The position numbers and the translations under genes were made by a program. From assembly GCA_013115125.1 (NCBI GenBank), contig JABANN010000020.1, forward strand, positions 62,001 to 126,000: a stretch of 64,000 nucleotides of DNA, given 5' to 3'. The notes under the pieces were generated by a model. The model made no database searches, was not told the DNA's origin, and saw nothing but the letters and a program-made list of their open reading frames with translations. The DNA is from Perkinsus olseni. Lineage: Eukaryota. Positions 1 through 13,800 of this stretch are shown one piece after another (position 1 is the first letter of the stretch; every line of letters begins with the position of its first letter).

Positions 1-56
1 ACCGCACCAACTAAAATGTGATGAATTTTCTCAGGCTGAGACCTCGAGTTTGAGTA

Positions 57-1382
57 CTACTTTGAGTCTGTCGTGAGACCTTCGCTACGCCTTGGCAGCA
101 TTCGACCCAACGGCCCATCATCAATACGAAGTAGCGATTGTCGTAGCTTGTCCTCTTCCTCAGTCAGTGATTGCCATCTCTGGCCGAGCATCTCTCGGGA
201 GAGAACGGACGCCAACGGACGGCCGTCGATCCTCCGATGAGGAGGCCTCCCCTCGGAGTGGGGTGACTGCGATCGTGGCCCCAACGAGAGCACGGTCGGG
301 GCGGCGTTCGACTTCGACGGCATCGCCGTTTCCCGAGCCGCGCGCGCCACTACCGGTGCCATGATGCGCGGTATGACAGCGCGAGGCGGCTCCGAGTCCG
401 GCTCCTCACAGGAAGCCTCCACCACCACGGGCTGCCGAAGTCGGGCTGCTACCTTGCTTACGACAGGCGACTGAGGCCGGGCATGCAGGCGAACGAAACG
501 CTCCTCCCAACGCACCCCACCTTAGTCGTTGTTTTAGACTTCCCATCCCAAGGGCTCGGAGCTAAGACGGGCATTGGGTAGCGAGGATGAGAGCTAGGCT
601 CGTCTCGCTTTCTATGGCGCAGCAAACGTATCTGCCGTGCCATGTCTGCCCCAAGGCTACTTGTACTGAGGACACACCTTCCCAAAGACTTCCGGCCCCT
701 TGCGTTCCGTGTTGTGGTCACCCTTACTGGTGGACTCCTCAGTGCTTATCTCGGTCCTTATGCTACTAGCTACTGATGATGACTCTGCATCATCATTCAG
801 CTGTTGCTCGATAATATCACCTGACTCGCCAATCCCCGGACTCGTAGCTTCCGCTCGTACTGTGTATTTCCCCCCAGCCGCCGCTCGTCTGGAGGTGACT
901 TGACTCCACGGCTGCCGGCCTTACCACACCATGATCGACCTTGGATACCCCCACACCACCCTTTCCCGTCGATATCTCCTTGGATTGCCTTTGCTTCGTA
1001 GACGCTGGGGTTCGAGGGAGTACCCTCGGCCGGCTAGGGGACGGCTTTGAGAAGACCCTCCGCAAGTACTGTATATAACCTATTATCAGTAATCACTCTC
1101 TATTAGTTCTACTGGGCTTATTAATAGCCCTAGCGAAATAAAGTACACTGTCTCTCCTCCCTTTGCTGCTCCAATGCCTTTCGAGTAGTTGCATCGTCCG
1201 CTCGCGAGCGGTAGGACTACCGACCACAGACGCTTTGATATCAATGACGATGTATTATCCTTACCATGGGGTGATGGATTGTTTTCACCCGACGCGGCTG
1301 TCGCTGATTCGACTTTCCTCTCAATTGAAGCGTCGAGCGCAGCTCAGAGGACTCCACCCAGTCGCCGGGCGATGCATTCATG
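57..1382 (-). CDS. Hypothetical multi-exon protein (low complexity, Ser/Arg/Pro-rich), divergent from the giant gene
   Basis: Minus-strand ORF pieces (1241-1537, 817-1065, 458-721, 57-515) are bounded by GTAAG/GTGGG donors and CAG acceptors, e.g. ...KTTTK|SPVVSK... joins in phase. No recognisable domain; the start is uncertain. Confidence 0.45.
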
Positions 1383-1831
1383 CTATCACCCCCTGAAACT
1401 CCAATATAATCGAGAGGTAGGCCGACCAGGGCAGCGAAGATTGGGTCCACGCGCAGCGGAAAGTGCGCGCAGATATCGATCATCTGGGCGAGCGCTAATA
1501 ATATATTTTGCAAGTATTGCAAGAAACATAGCAACATCCATGTGGTTCGGGTGGCAGGCGAATTCCCGAGTTGAGCGTAACTTCTGCTAACTACTTTATT
1601 GAGTTTGTTAATTGATCACCCTGCTACGTAAGTAGGGGGCGTGTTAAAGATAAGCCGAATGCTTAGGGCTCGAACTGGGGCCCTCCGTGCGACCTGTACG
1701 AACGAGATGGAAGGCTCTCCTCTACCCGACCTGGCTTGGGTCGATGGCTATGGTGATAGTGATAGTTTATTTTAATTCATGTATGGCCTATGAGGGCACG
1801 GCTGCTGCAAGGTAAATGTGTGATACGTCTA

Positions 1832-1885
1832 ATGTACTACTTGGTAATACAAGTAGTGTTACTATTGCTGCAACCAGCTCGAGCA
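1832..1885 (+). other. Predicted signal peptide of the giant protein
   Basis: MYYLVIQVVLLLLQPARA|WV: hydrophobic core followed by an A-x-A cleavage motif. An in-frame upstream ATG at 1790 is an alternative start. Confidence 0.75.
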
Positions 1886-4800
1886 TGGGTCCTCGTCGGA
1901 CGGGATGGGACCATCACCTTCCTCGGTCGAATAGAGATAGGTAGCTCCATAGCCCTCACAGTCGCTCTTCTTGCTGATCTCCTCTGTATCAGACGCCTCT
2001 GTGTCGGGGTCTGGCATCACATTCCGTCATAAAGGAGTTGGACTGTGGGATATAGTAGCAGCGGATGACATCAACTCCTTTGAGTAAGCTAACTCGAGGC
2101 CGGGGCGCTTCTCTGAGGGTGCTATTGAAAGATACGAGCAAGGGGAGCTGGGCTTTACCTCTACCAACAACCCTACGCCGGTAATGGCTCTACTGCGGAC
2201 TAGTAGAGGGATGGTTTTGGCGGGAAGCCTTTCTGTCAAAGGCCAAGCGTAAGGGAATTGATACCTTCATACCGCACCGGATGGCTCGCGTGCATTAATA
2301 GGCACTTCGACGAGAAGGCTACAGTGTATCAGGGCCTCGACATAAAGGCTGGGGAGTTCGAGATTCAGGATGCTCTTCATGTTAAGCGCCCGGATAGTGG
2401 ACTTGATACCACTACTACCTACATGGACATCAAGTCTGCTGAGGTATCCTCGAGAGCGGGGGACACCATCTTTAACGCTGGTCGTGTGTCTGTAGGTATA
2501 TTTATCGACACTCTCGATAGGGAAGTTCGTCTACATCCATGGCGATTTCGTAAGGGCATTGGGAGGCAAGGGGAGTGTTAGTGAGAGTGTCTATCAGGTC
2601 CCACCGGAGGACGTTGGACCATCACTATCGGTCAATGGGGCGACACAGCTACTGGGTAAGGCGACCTTTGAGAAGACTGTGGACATCAAGAAGAGGATGT
2701 CTGTGGAGGATTACGTACGGTCTCCTTCATATGCCTGAGTATTACACCCTCCCCCTTGGCAGATAGTAGCCGCCTCCTCACTGAGCGTTCGATCATTCGC
2801 CAACTTCGGCAGTCTAGTTGGTATAGCTGATCGACTGAATGTAAGGGAGCATCTCTGGGCGGGCTGTCCTACTGCTTGTTGCTGTAAGGTATTTGGCTAT
2901 CCTAGTGAGCCTGATAGGAACGGTGGTGTATCGGTCAATGACGTCACCAGACTGGGAGGGCCACTCAGTGTTGCATCATTCCCTGTCACCATCATGGGTG
3001 ATGCCATTCAGCACTCGCTGCTGATCATACCTTGGAAGTTCTCTCCTCAGGTACCGTATCCGTATTTAACAAGGTAGATGTTGGATCAACACTATCTGTC
3101 TACAACATGATGGGCCTGGGTTCGACAGTGTCCCTACGCTCCTATGCACGCATGGGGTCGTCCATCTCAGTGTACGTATCATCATCGCGAGCCTCTCTCG
3201 AACACCGTAAATGACTCCTACTTGCTTCTCAGGTACGGAGCGTCTCGCTTCGGCAGCTCCCTATCCGTATTTGACTTCGCCCAGATGGCGAGTTCCATAT
3301 CTCTACGGGCATATCTTCGTGTGGGAAGTACTATGTCCACCTGCGGCCTCATACGCTGTGGCAGCGCAGGATCTGTACTGGACTTCGTCAATATGGGTAG
3401 CGCTATGTCCGTAAGGAGCTTCACCAGGTTCGGTTCCTCGGCCAGTGTCTTCGGCGCGGCAAGGCTAGGGAGCCCCCTGAGTATTCTAGACTTTGTTAAT
3501 ATGGGTAGCAGTATGAGCATCCGCTCCTACAGTCGATTGGGCAGCGCAGTATCCATATTCGGCATGACCAGGATAGCCAGCTGTCTCTCAGTATTGGAGT
3601 ACGCCCATATTGGCTCTGCTGCGAGTATTAGAAACTTCCACAGGCTAGGCTCGGGCCTCTCTGTCTATGCCACTACCCGACTTGGCAGTAGCCTATCACT
3701 GCTGGACTATATTGGCTTCGGCAGTTCGCTCTCCATACGGTCCTATTCTCGATTGGGTAGTTCCCTGTCGGTATACTCTCGGGTGCTGTTCGGTAGTGCT
3801 ACCTCGACTATAGACCAGTGCAGTCTGGGATCAGCCCTGTCGCTGCGATCCTCTTGCCGTATGGGCAGCACTCTCTCCCTCTATTCGGTGGCACGCTTCG
3901 GTAGTTCTCTCTCCGTGATGGACTACGTCATGATGGGCAGTGTCCTATCGGTACGCAGCACCTCGAGGATAGGCAGTACCCTATCCGTCCTCAGCCTAGC
4001 TCGCTTCGGCAGCTCTATGTCCCTCCTTGATATGGGAGCCCTGGGCAGCGGTCTATCTCTGAGGTCACAGTGCCGTCTAGGGAGTATGCTATCAGTATTC
4101 AGTGGTACGAGGTTGGGATCGTCCCTGAGCATACTTGATTGCACTCATCATGGCAGCGGCCTGTCTATTAGGTCCTTCGCCAGGCTGGGCAGTAGTATGT
4201 CAGTATATGGTCTAGTTAGGTTAGGGAGCTCTCTCACCATCCTGGATAAGACTCGTCTGGGCAGCAGCGTATCGGTCAACTCGTTCGCCCGATGCGGGTC
4301 CTCGCTGTCGGTGTTCGGCCTGTCTAGGTTCGGCAGTGCTCTCTCTGTCCTCGACTACGTGCAGCTCGCCAGCTCTCTAACGCTGCGTACATTCGCCCGT
4401 CTAGGGAGCTCCTGCAGCATCTTCGGATCGGTAAGGTTCGGTAAGAGAGTATCCATGATCGACCACCTGACCATCGGTAGTAGCCTCTCTCTGAGGAACT
4501 ACATCAGGCTGGGCTCGAGCCTTAGTGTGTTCGGTGGTGCCCGGATGGGGCAGGCTATGAGCGTGGTGGACTTTGCTATGGTTGGCAGCTCCCTATCACT
4601 CCGGAGCGCCTTTAGGATGGGCAGTGCTCTCTCCGCCGTTGGGACGGCGCGTCTGGGTAGCAGCATGTCTATGCTGGACTTCCTGCAGCTCGGCAGCTCC
4701 ATGTCTCTGCGGAGCATGCAGCGCCTCGGCAGTGGTCTAAGTGCGTACAGCACGGCTCGCCTGGCTGGAAGCTTTTCCGTCCTCCACGCCGCTGATCTGG

Positions 4801-7800
4801 CGTCGTCGCTCTCTCTACGAAGCTTCTCCCGGCTGGGCAGTGCCCTCTCAGCCCTGGGTATCACTAGGGTTGGAAGTGCCCTCAGTGTGCTGGACTTTGT
4901 CAACTTGGGCAGCTCCTTATCCCTCCACGCCTTCTCTCGTCTGGGATCGGCTCTCTCTGTGTCTGGTCCACAGAGCATCGGCAGCTCTTTGTCGGCCCTC
5001 GGCTGTGTTGCCCTCGCTAGCTCCCTCTCCCTGCGTACCTTCGGTAGGTTGGGCAGTGCCATGTCCGCCTATGGACTCGCCCGCTTGGGTAGTGCCCTCT
5101 CCACCTTGGAGTGGTGTACCCTAGGGAGCTCCCTTTCCCTCAGGACCCTCCTCAGGGTCGGCAGCACTCTCTCTGTCTTTGGCTCTACTCGCTTTGGTAG
5201 CTCCATGTCTATCCTTGACTTCTCGCATCTTGGTAGCGCCCTGTCACTACGATCCACCGCAAGGCTTGGCAGCTCTACCTCAGTCCTAGGGTTGGCTAGA
5301 CTCGGCAGCTCCTTATCGACTGTGGGAGCCGCTCACTTGGGCAGCTCATTATCGCTCAGATCTTCGCAGCGCCTAGGTAGTGCTCTATCCGTCCTCGGCA
5401 ATGCACGCTTCGCCGGCAGCTTCTCCCTGTTGGACTATCTTGCCCTTGGCAGCAGCTTGTCCGTGAGGCAACATGCTAGATTGGGTAGCTCCTTATCGAT
5501 CTTCCAAGTTCAAAGGCTCGGTGGGTCTCTTACCGTACTAGACTTTCTTACTATGGGTAGTAGCTGCTCTATGAGAGCCTTGGCTAGGCTGGGCAGCGGC
5601 GCTTCTCTATTCAGTATGACTAGGCTTGGTAGTGCTATATCAGTATTGGACTACGTTACTCTGGGCAGCTCTCTATCTCTACGGTCAACCTTCCGTTTGG
5701 GCAGCACCACCTCAGTGTATGGTACCATCAAAGCGGGGGCCAGCCTGTCCTCCCTGAGCTACGCAAGGCTGGGAAGCTCACTATCAGTCAGGTCGTTCAG
5801 TCGTCTTGGCAGCCAGGTTTCTACATTCGCGGTAGCCAGGTTCGGCAGCTCGTTGTCAGCTCTTGATTGGGCCGATCTCGGCAGCTCAGTATCCCTGAGG
5901 AGCTTCGCTAGGCTATCTTCGTCTCTCTCCATCTGGGGTATAGCTAGGGCTGGCAGCAGCCTTTCTGTGCTGGGGTACGCCCAGATGGCCAGCTCATGCT
6001 CAGTACGCTCCCTGTCAAGGTTTGGTAGTGCGGCCTCTGTGCACAGCATAGCCCGCTTCGGTAGTGCCGTGTCCATGTTGGCCAGGATCCACCTTGGCAG
6101 TGCCCTCTCCCTGCGCAGCTTCGCCCGTATGGGCAGCAGCGTGTCCATCTTCGGCCTTAGTTCTCTTCGCGCTGCCACTGCCGGTGTCACCGTCCTCGAC
6201 TATACTACTCTCGGCAGTTCGATATCGACACGCTGCTTTGGAAGGATGGGCTCGGCTATGTCCGTCCTCGGCCTTACCAGGGTCGCATCGACAGTATCGG
6301 TGCTGGATTTCGTTAGCATGGGCTCGGCTATCTCCCTGTCCAGATTCCAAAGGCTAGGCAGTGCCTTGTCTGTCTTGGGCCGTGCACGCTTGAGCAGCTC
6401 AGTGTCTGTCCTGGACTATGTCCATATAGGTAGCTCTGCCTCTCTACGAGCCTTCAGCAGAGTGGGCAGCTCAGTATCAGTACTGTGCCAAGCCCGTCTG
6501 GGTCACCAGCTGTCCGCGCTAGACGGCACCCATCTTGGCAGCAGTCTTTCCTTGAGAGGGGTTGCCAGGTTGGGCAGCTACGTCTCTGTATACGATACTT
6601 CAAGGTTGGGCAGAGGCCTCTCAGTCCTCGACTTCCTCCACCTTGGCAGCACCACCTCCATGCGAGCCTTGCTACGCATGGGCAGCTCTCTCTCCATGTT
6701 CGGTTCTAGTCGCTACGGCAGCACTCTGAGTATCCTCGACGCTGCGACCCTAGGGAGTGGTTGCTCTCTTAGAAGCTTCCATCGTATGGGTAGCAGCTGC
6801 AGCCTATTCAGTCTCGCCCGTCTTGGCCATGAGGTGTCCGTACTCAACGCCGTGGCCCTCGGCAGTAGCTTATCTCTGCGTGCCTTATCGCGCATGGGCA
6901 GCGGTGTATCTGTCTTCAGCCTGTGTAGATTCGGCTCCTCACTGTCGGCTATTGACGTGGCGACCTTGGGTAGCTCGGTATCCATCAGATGCATGTCCCG
7001 CATGGGTAGCTGCCTGTCGGTATTCGGTCTGGTGAGGTTCGGCAGCACAGCCTCTGTGGCGGACTTCGCCACCCTGGGCAGTGCGTGCTCGCTGAGGTCC
7101 TACCTGCGCATGGGCAGCCAATGCAGCGTCTTCTCTATGAGTAGGCTTGGTAGCAACTTGAGCATCTTAGATATGACCGAGCTTGGCAGTACTATGTCTC
7201 TTCGTTCCTTCTCCCGCTTTGGTAGTACCATATCTGTCTATGGCCTAGGCCGACTCGGCAGTAGCATATCGGTCTTCGACTACCAGTCAGTCGGCAGCTC
7301 GCTGTCCATAAGGTCGTACATTCGACTGGGATCCTCGGCCTCCTTCTACGGCATGTCTAGGCTTGGCAGTTCCCTCTCCGTACTGGACTTCGTCAACATG
7401 GGTAGCGCTTATTCTATCCGTAACTACATTCGCCTCGGCTCTACTATATCGGTATTCTCTATGCAAAGGCTGGGCAGTACGGTATCGACACTGGACTTCA
7501 TTAATATGGGTAGTACCTTCTCGACTAAGAGCTTCGTCAGGCTGGGTAGCACCATCACAGCACTGGCAGTCGCAAGGTTGGGCAGCAGCCTTTCAACCCT
7601 GGGGTACGCGAGTGTTGGCTCGGCTTTGTCGCTACGGTCGGCCGTGCGACTGGGGAGCTCTCTCTCGGTGTTCGGCCTGTCTCGCCTTGCTAGTAGTGCT
7701 TCCATACTAGACTACACTGGTGTTGGCAGCACTCTGTCTCTCAGAGGTTTCTGCCGCCTAGGTAGTACGCTGTCTCTATTCAACCTGGCGCGTATGGGTA

Positions 7801-10800
7801 GTGCAGCCTCAGTGCTTGCCTTCGCTAATCTTGGTAGTAGCATCTCTCTCCGCTCTTACCTTCGCGTTGGTAGCGTGGCTTCGGTCTACTCCGCCACGAG
7901 GCTAGGTGCTGCTATGTCCGCTATGGAGTGCTCACTTTGTGGGAGCTCCCTCTCACTGAGACACTTCGGTCGGCTAGGCAGCTCTGTATCCGCCTTCTCC
8001 GGCGCCAGGCTCGGTCTCTCTCTATCTGTGCTTGACTTCCTGCAACTGGGTAGCTCATTATCGGTGAGGAAGGGAGCTCGCCTAGGGTCAGCTGTGTCGG
8101 TTTATGGCCGTAGTCGGCTGGCTATGTCCGCATCGGCCCTGGACTACCTGCATCTGGGGAGCACTTTGTCCCTTAGGGGCGTTAGTAGACTCGGCAGCTC
8201 AGTATCAGCAATATCTGTGGCTCGGCTGGGAGATGCCCTTACTGTCCTGGCGGCTAACACTCTAGGAAGTAGCCTCTCCTTGAGGAGCTTTGCTAGGGTT
8301 GGTAGCAAATTGACAGTCCTGGACTTCGCCAACTACGGCAGCAGCCTGAGTCTTCGTGGTGCTCTCAGAGCAGGCAGTGGTATATCGGTCTTCAGTACAG
8401 CAAGGTTCGGAGCTACATTGTCCGTGCTAGACCGGCTCAGGCTAGGAAGCTGTATCTCCGTGAACTCCTTCGCTAGGCTGGGTAGCACGATATCGGTGTA
8501 TGGGTGGGCCAAGCTAGGTGATACTCTCAGTGCTATTGGCAGCGTGGAGATATCATCAGCCTTATCTCTCCGCTCTCTCATGCGTATGGGTAGCGCCTGT
8601 TCTCTCTATCAAGGCTGTCGACTGGGCGCCGAAGCATCCGTCCTGGACTTTATGGCTATGGGGTCGGCTCTCAGTGTCCGGGCCTTCAGTAGGCTGGGCA
8701 GTAGCGCCTCCCTCTTTGGTCTTGCCCGATTCGGCAGTAGCCTCTCGGTATTGGACTATGCTACTTTCGGCAGCTCTTGCTCTATTGGTAGCTTCCTCAA
8801 GTTGGGAAGTAAGATATCAGTCTTTAGCCTAGCAAGACTTGGCAGCTCTATGTCTGTGCTTGACTATGTCGGTTTGGGCAGCTCTTTCTCTCTTCGATCC
8901 TATGGTCGTATCGGTAGTACTATGTCCCTCTTTGGCCGTAGTAGGTTGGGGTCTAGTGTATCGCTACTGGACTATGCCCAGTGTGGCAGTACCCTCTCCC
9001 TGCGTAGCATGCTCAGGCTTGGCAGCGTCTTTTCCGTCTACAACCTTGCCCGTATGGGCTCCGTGGTGTCGGTCCTGGACTTCACTGGCCTGGGCTCGTC
9101 TGTCAGTGTGCGGTCGTATATTAGACTAGGGAGCACCTTATCGGTCTTTGCCAAGATGGCTGCTGGGAGCGCCGTGTCCATCCTAGACGTCTCGAGCCTC
9201 GGTAGTGCATTGTCGCTGCGGAGCTTCTACCGTCATGGCAGCACCGTGTCATTGTACAGCATAGCCTGCCTTGGCAGTACCATAAGTATGTTCGACGCTG
9301 TTACCCTGGGAAGTACTCTATCACTTCGATCGGTTGCCAGGTTGGGCTCTGAGGCATCGGTCTGTGGGAGGACTAGATTCCAGCAGCAGATGTCCATACT
9401 AGACTGTCTACAGCTTGGGAGTAGCCTTTCCGTGAGATCTGTATTCCGTCTTGGTAGCCATCTCTCGGTGTTCGGTAGTGCCCGGCTCTCAGCCAAGATG
9501 TCGGTGCTAGACGGTATGACGGTGTCGTCAGCCCTATCCCTTCGTGGCTTCAGCAGGCTTGGTAGTACACTGTCAGTCTTTTCTACTGTACGGGCCGGTG
9601 ATAACCTCTCCGTCTTGGGCTGGCTTCGGATGGGCAGCACAGCTTCAGTAATCGACCGAGTGTCCTTGGCCAGCTCTCTCTCACTGCGCAGCCTGGCTCG
9701 TCTGGGCAGCAAGGCGTCGGTCTTGGATTACCTCAGCCTTGGCAGTTCTCTGTCGCTCCGTGGGGTGAGTCGTCTTGGTAGTTCAGTCTCGGCATTCGGT
9801 GTCACCCGGCTCGGCAGGTCACTATCAGTACTAGATAGCCTCACCTTGGGGAGCTCCCTCTCTCTTCAAGCCTTCATGAGATTTGGCAGCTCCCTCTCAT
9901 GCTACGGCCAAGCCAACTTTGGGGTTAAGGTCTCCTGTGCAGGCGTGCTGGAGTTCGGTTCGTGTATGAGCGTTCGCTCCTATACTAGGCTGGGCAGCTC
10001 ATGCTCTGTCTTTAGTATATCGAGAGTGGGCAGCTCCTTATCGGTGCTGGACTGGCTTACGCTAGGCAGCTCACTCTCCGTCCGCAACCTTGTGCGCCTC
10101 GGCAGTGACCTCTCCATCGTTGCCCGCCAACGCCTGAGCAGCAGCCTTTCTGTAATGGACTTGGTCGAGCTAGGCAGCGGCCTGTCCATTAGAGCTATCT
10201 CGAGGTTGGGGAGTAGCCTGTCAGCCCTGGGATGGGCTAGGTTTGGCGACTCGATCACTGTTCTCGGCAAGAGCAACTTCGGTAGCTCCCTGTCTCTACG
10301 GACCTTCGCTCGCCTCGGTAGCACCGCGTCAGTGTTCAATAGGGTACACCTAGGTGACTATTTCTCGGTTTTATCAACGGCCAGGCTGGGCAGTCACTTG
10401 TCAGTGCTCGACTATGCTACCATGGGTAGCTCACTGTCCATACGCTCCTTCACTTCCCTGGGTAGTGCTGCATCGATTCTTGACTACCTCATGCTGGGCA
10501 GCACATTATCGGTGCGCCACAGCTGCAGGCTCGGCAGTGACCTCTCGGTCTTTTCCGTGTCCCGCATTGGCTCAGCTCTATCGGTGCTGGATTTCCTCAA
10601 CCTGGGCAGCACGGCATCTCTACGTTCCATCATGAGGCTGGGCTCGACATTCTCCGTTCAGGGATGGACCAGGCTTGGCTTGACTGTCTCTGTCCTTGAC
10701 CATGTGTCCTTGGCTAGTTCGATGTCGCTGCGGTCTATGATGAGGCTAGGCAGTGAGCTATCCCTCATGGGCATGGCTAGGTTCGGCAGTACCATGTCAT

Positions 10801-13800
10801 CGCTGGACAGTGTTGCGATGGGGTCTGCCCTGTCCTTGAGATCAGCTGCTAGATTTGGTTCCTCCACAAGTGTATTCTCCGTGGCCCGTCTGGGATCGAC
10901 AATGTCCGTGCTGGACACGGTGGCTTTGGGGAGCGCTCTTTCCCTCAGAGGCTTCGCTCGGTTTGGCAGCAACTTGTCGGTGCACGCGGCGCTTCGTTTC
11001 GGCTCATCAATGTCGCTGGTGGATTGCTCGACCCTGGGCAGCAGCTTGTCCATTCGGGCCAGCTCTCGCCTGGGTAGCGGACTGTCCATGCTGTCGCTGG
11101 CCAAGGTTGGCAGTACACTCTCTGTGCTTGACTTCGTCACTCTCGGCAGTAGCCTGTCGTTGCGAGCCTTCACGAGAGTTGGCAGCACCCTATCTGCCTT
11201 CGCGCGGACTGCTGTTGGCCATGCTCTGACGGTGCTTAGCGAGGGCCATCTCGGTAGCACTATGTCTCTACGCTCATTCTCCCGCCTGGGCAGCACTCTA
11301 TCGGCCTTACGTAGCGTGCGCTTTGGTGACTCTCTGTCCCTCCTTGACTTCGGCCATTGTGGAAGCGCCATTTCCATTCGGAATCTAGTACGGCTTGGCA
11401 GTACCCTCTCCACACTCTCCCAGGTCAGGATTGGGGCGTCCATCTCAACCCTATCCTTCGCTAGTATGGGCTCCGCAATGTCCCTAAGGTCAATGGTCAG
11501 GGCAGGCAGCAGCCTCTCGCTGTACAGCCTCACTAGGCTCGGTAGTGCCACCTCTATCCTCGACTATGCTACCTTCGCCAGTACAGTATCCCTTCGTTCT
11601 TTCGCCCGCCTGGGGTCGACATTATCGTCCTTTGCGATGGCTCGTCTAGGAAGTGGTGTATCCGTTATGGAGTGGGCTACTCTGGGTAGTTCCATCTCTC
11701 TGAGGTCCTACGCTAGAGCAGGCAGTAGAGTCTCTGTCATCGGTCTGGCACGCTTCGCCTCTCACGTGACTGTATTGGACTTCCTGCAGCTTGGCAGCTC
11801 GCTCTCCCTTCGTGACTTCGTACGGCTGGGGAGCTCGTGCTCCTTGCTGGGTCTGTCAAGACTCGGATCCTCGGCCTCCATTCTTGACTATGTCACAATG
11901 GGCAGCGCACTGTCCCTACGCAGCTACATCCGCTTCGGCAGTAACCTCTCTGTGGCGTCTTTGGCCCGACTTGGCAAGTCCCTCACTACCCTAGACTGCA
12001 ATACCCTGGGCAGTGTCCTCTCACTACGAGGTTTCTCCCGATTTGGCAGTGCCGTATCGGTGTTCTCCTCTCTAAGGTTCGGCAGCACTCTATCCTTGCT
12101 GGACTTCGGTACCTTCGCCAGCTCCTTGTCAGTGAGGTCCATGACACGGCTAGGGAGTGGTATCTCGGCCTATGGCATCGCTCGCTACGGACAGAGCATG
12201 TCGGTCCTCGACTTCATCGCGGTGGGATCATCGCTATCAGTCCGGGCGACTGCTAGGGTGGGCAGCTCCCTCTCTGCCATGGCCACCACACGTTTGGGAT
12301 CTACTATGTCCGTCTTGGATGCTATTGGTTTGGGTAGCTCCCTCTCTCTGCGCTCGTTTGTGAGGTTCGGCAGCAACCTGTCGGCCTGCGGGTACCAGAG
12401 GCTACATGGAGAGCTCTCGATCCTTGATGCGGTCAAGTTTGGCAGTAGCCTCTCTTTGAGGTCGTTCGTCCGGCAAGGCTCGTCACTGAGTATATTCTCC
12501 CATACTAGGGCTGGGGCGAGCCTTTCTGTTCTTGACACTGCGATCTTCGGTAGCTCTCTCTCACTGAGGTCTTTCTCGAGGCTAGGTAGTGCCATGAGCT
12601 GCTTTGGGATGGCTCGACTCGGCAGCACTCTAAGCGGCCTTGACCATGTCCACTTGGGCAGCATGATCAGCGTTCGCTCCACCGCGCGTCTTGGGAGTAC
12701 CCTCTCGGTGTACAGCGTGTCACGGCTCGGCAGCGGCCTCTCAGTCCTTGGCTGGAGTACCCTCGGCAGCAGCCTCTCTCTGCGGGGAATGATGCGCTTC
12801 GGCAGTGGTCTCTCTGTCTACAGTACGACCAGGTTTGGCTCCGTCATCTCCGTCCTAGATGCCGTGTCTTTGGGGAGTACCCTCTCCGTGAGAGCCTTCG
12901 CCAGGGCTGGCAGTACCGTGTCGGTGATTGCCTCAACGACCATGGGCAGCATTGCCTCTGTCCTTGATGCCACTTCCCTTGGAAGCTCCTTCTCTCTGAG
13001 GTCCTTCTGTCGGTTTGGCTCAGCCATCTCCATGCTCTCCAAGACTAGGATGGGCGAGAGCCTCTCAGTGTTGGACTACACCCACCTTGGCAGCTCGGTA
13101 TCGATCCGTTCAGCCTTGAGGTTGGGCAGTGTAGCATCTATCCTGTCCAGTATGAAAATGTCCAACACTCTGTCGGTCATGAACTTCACGGCCCTTGCTA
13201 GTTCCCTCAGTCTGCGATCGACCATCCGCCTCGGCAGCAGCCTGTCCCTCTTCGGTGCATCGCGGCTGGGGAGCAGCGCATCCGTGCTCGACATGGTAAA
13301 CTTCGGAAGCGCGGTATCGTTGAGGGAATTTGTGAGGTTCGGATCGTCCCTCTCGACGGTGTTGGGCACGAGACTTGGAAAGGATCTGTCTACCCTTGAC
13401 TGCACGTTGCTTGGCAGCTCCCTATCCCTTCGGGGCCTCGTACGCTTCGGCAGCTCAGTGAGCGTGTTAACCCAAACGAAGTTAGCTTCGTCATTGACAG
13501 TGATGGACTTCGCTGTCTGTGCAACTTCATTATCAGTGCGGTCGGTTCTACGACTCGGCAGCAGCGTCTCTGCTCTGTGTGCCACCAGACTGGGCGATTC
13601 GCTCACAGCACTGTCTTGGGCCAACCTAGCCAGCTCGCTCTCCTTGCGGGCAGCTTGCCGTCTCGGGTCAACTCTCTCCTTACACTCTATAGTTCGTTAT
13701 GGCTCCTCGGCCTCTCTCTTGGACCAGAGTGTCCTTGGCAGCTCCTTGTCGCTCCGCAGCTTCGCAAGACTGGGCAGCTCGGTCTCTACTGTGAGTACTG

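Noticed and set aside
3144-3232. ORF-track start MHAWGRP... and end ...RCWQLM* as the true termini of the giant protein
   Set aside because: The start is out-of-frame exon sequence plus intron 3172-3232, and the end lies in intron 44245-44320. Splicing continues the repeat upstream and the S74 domain downstream.
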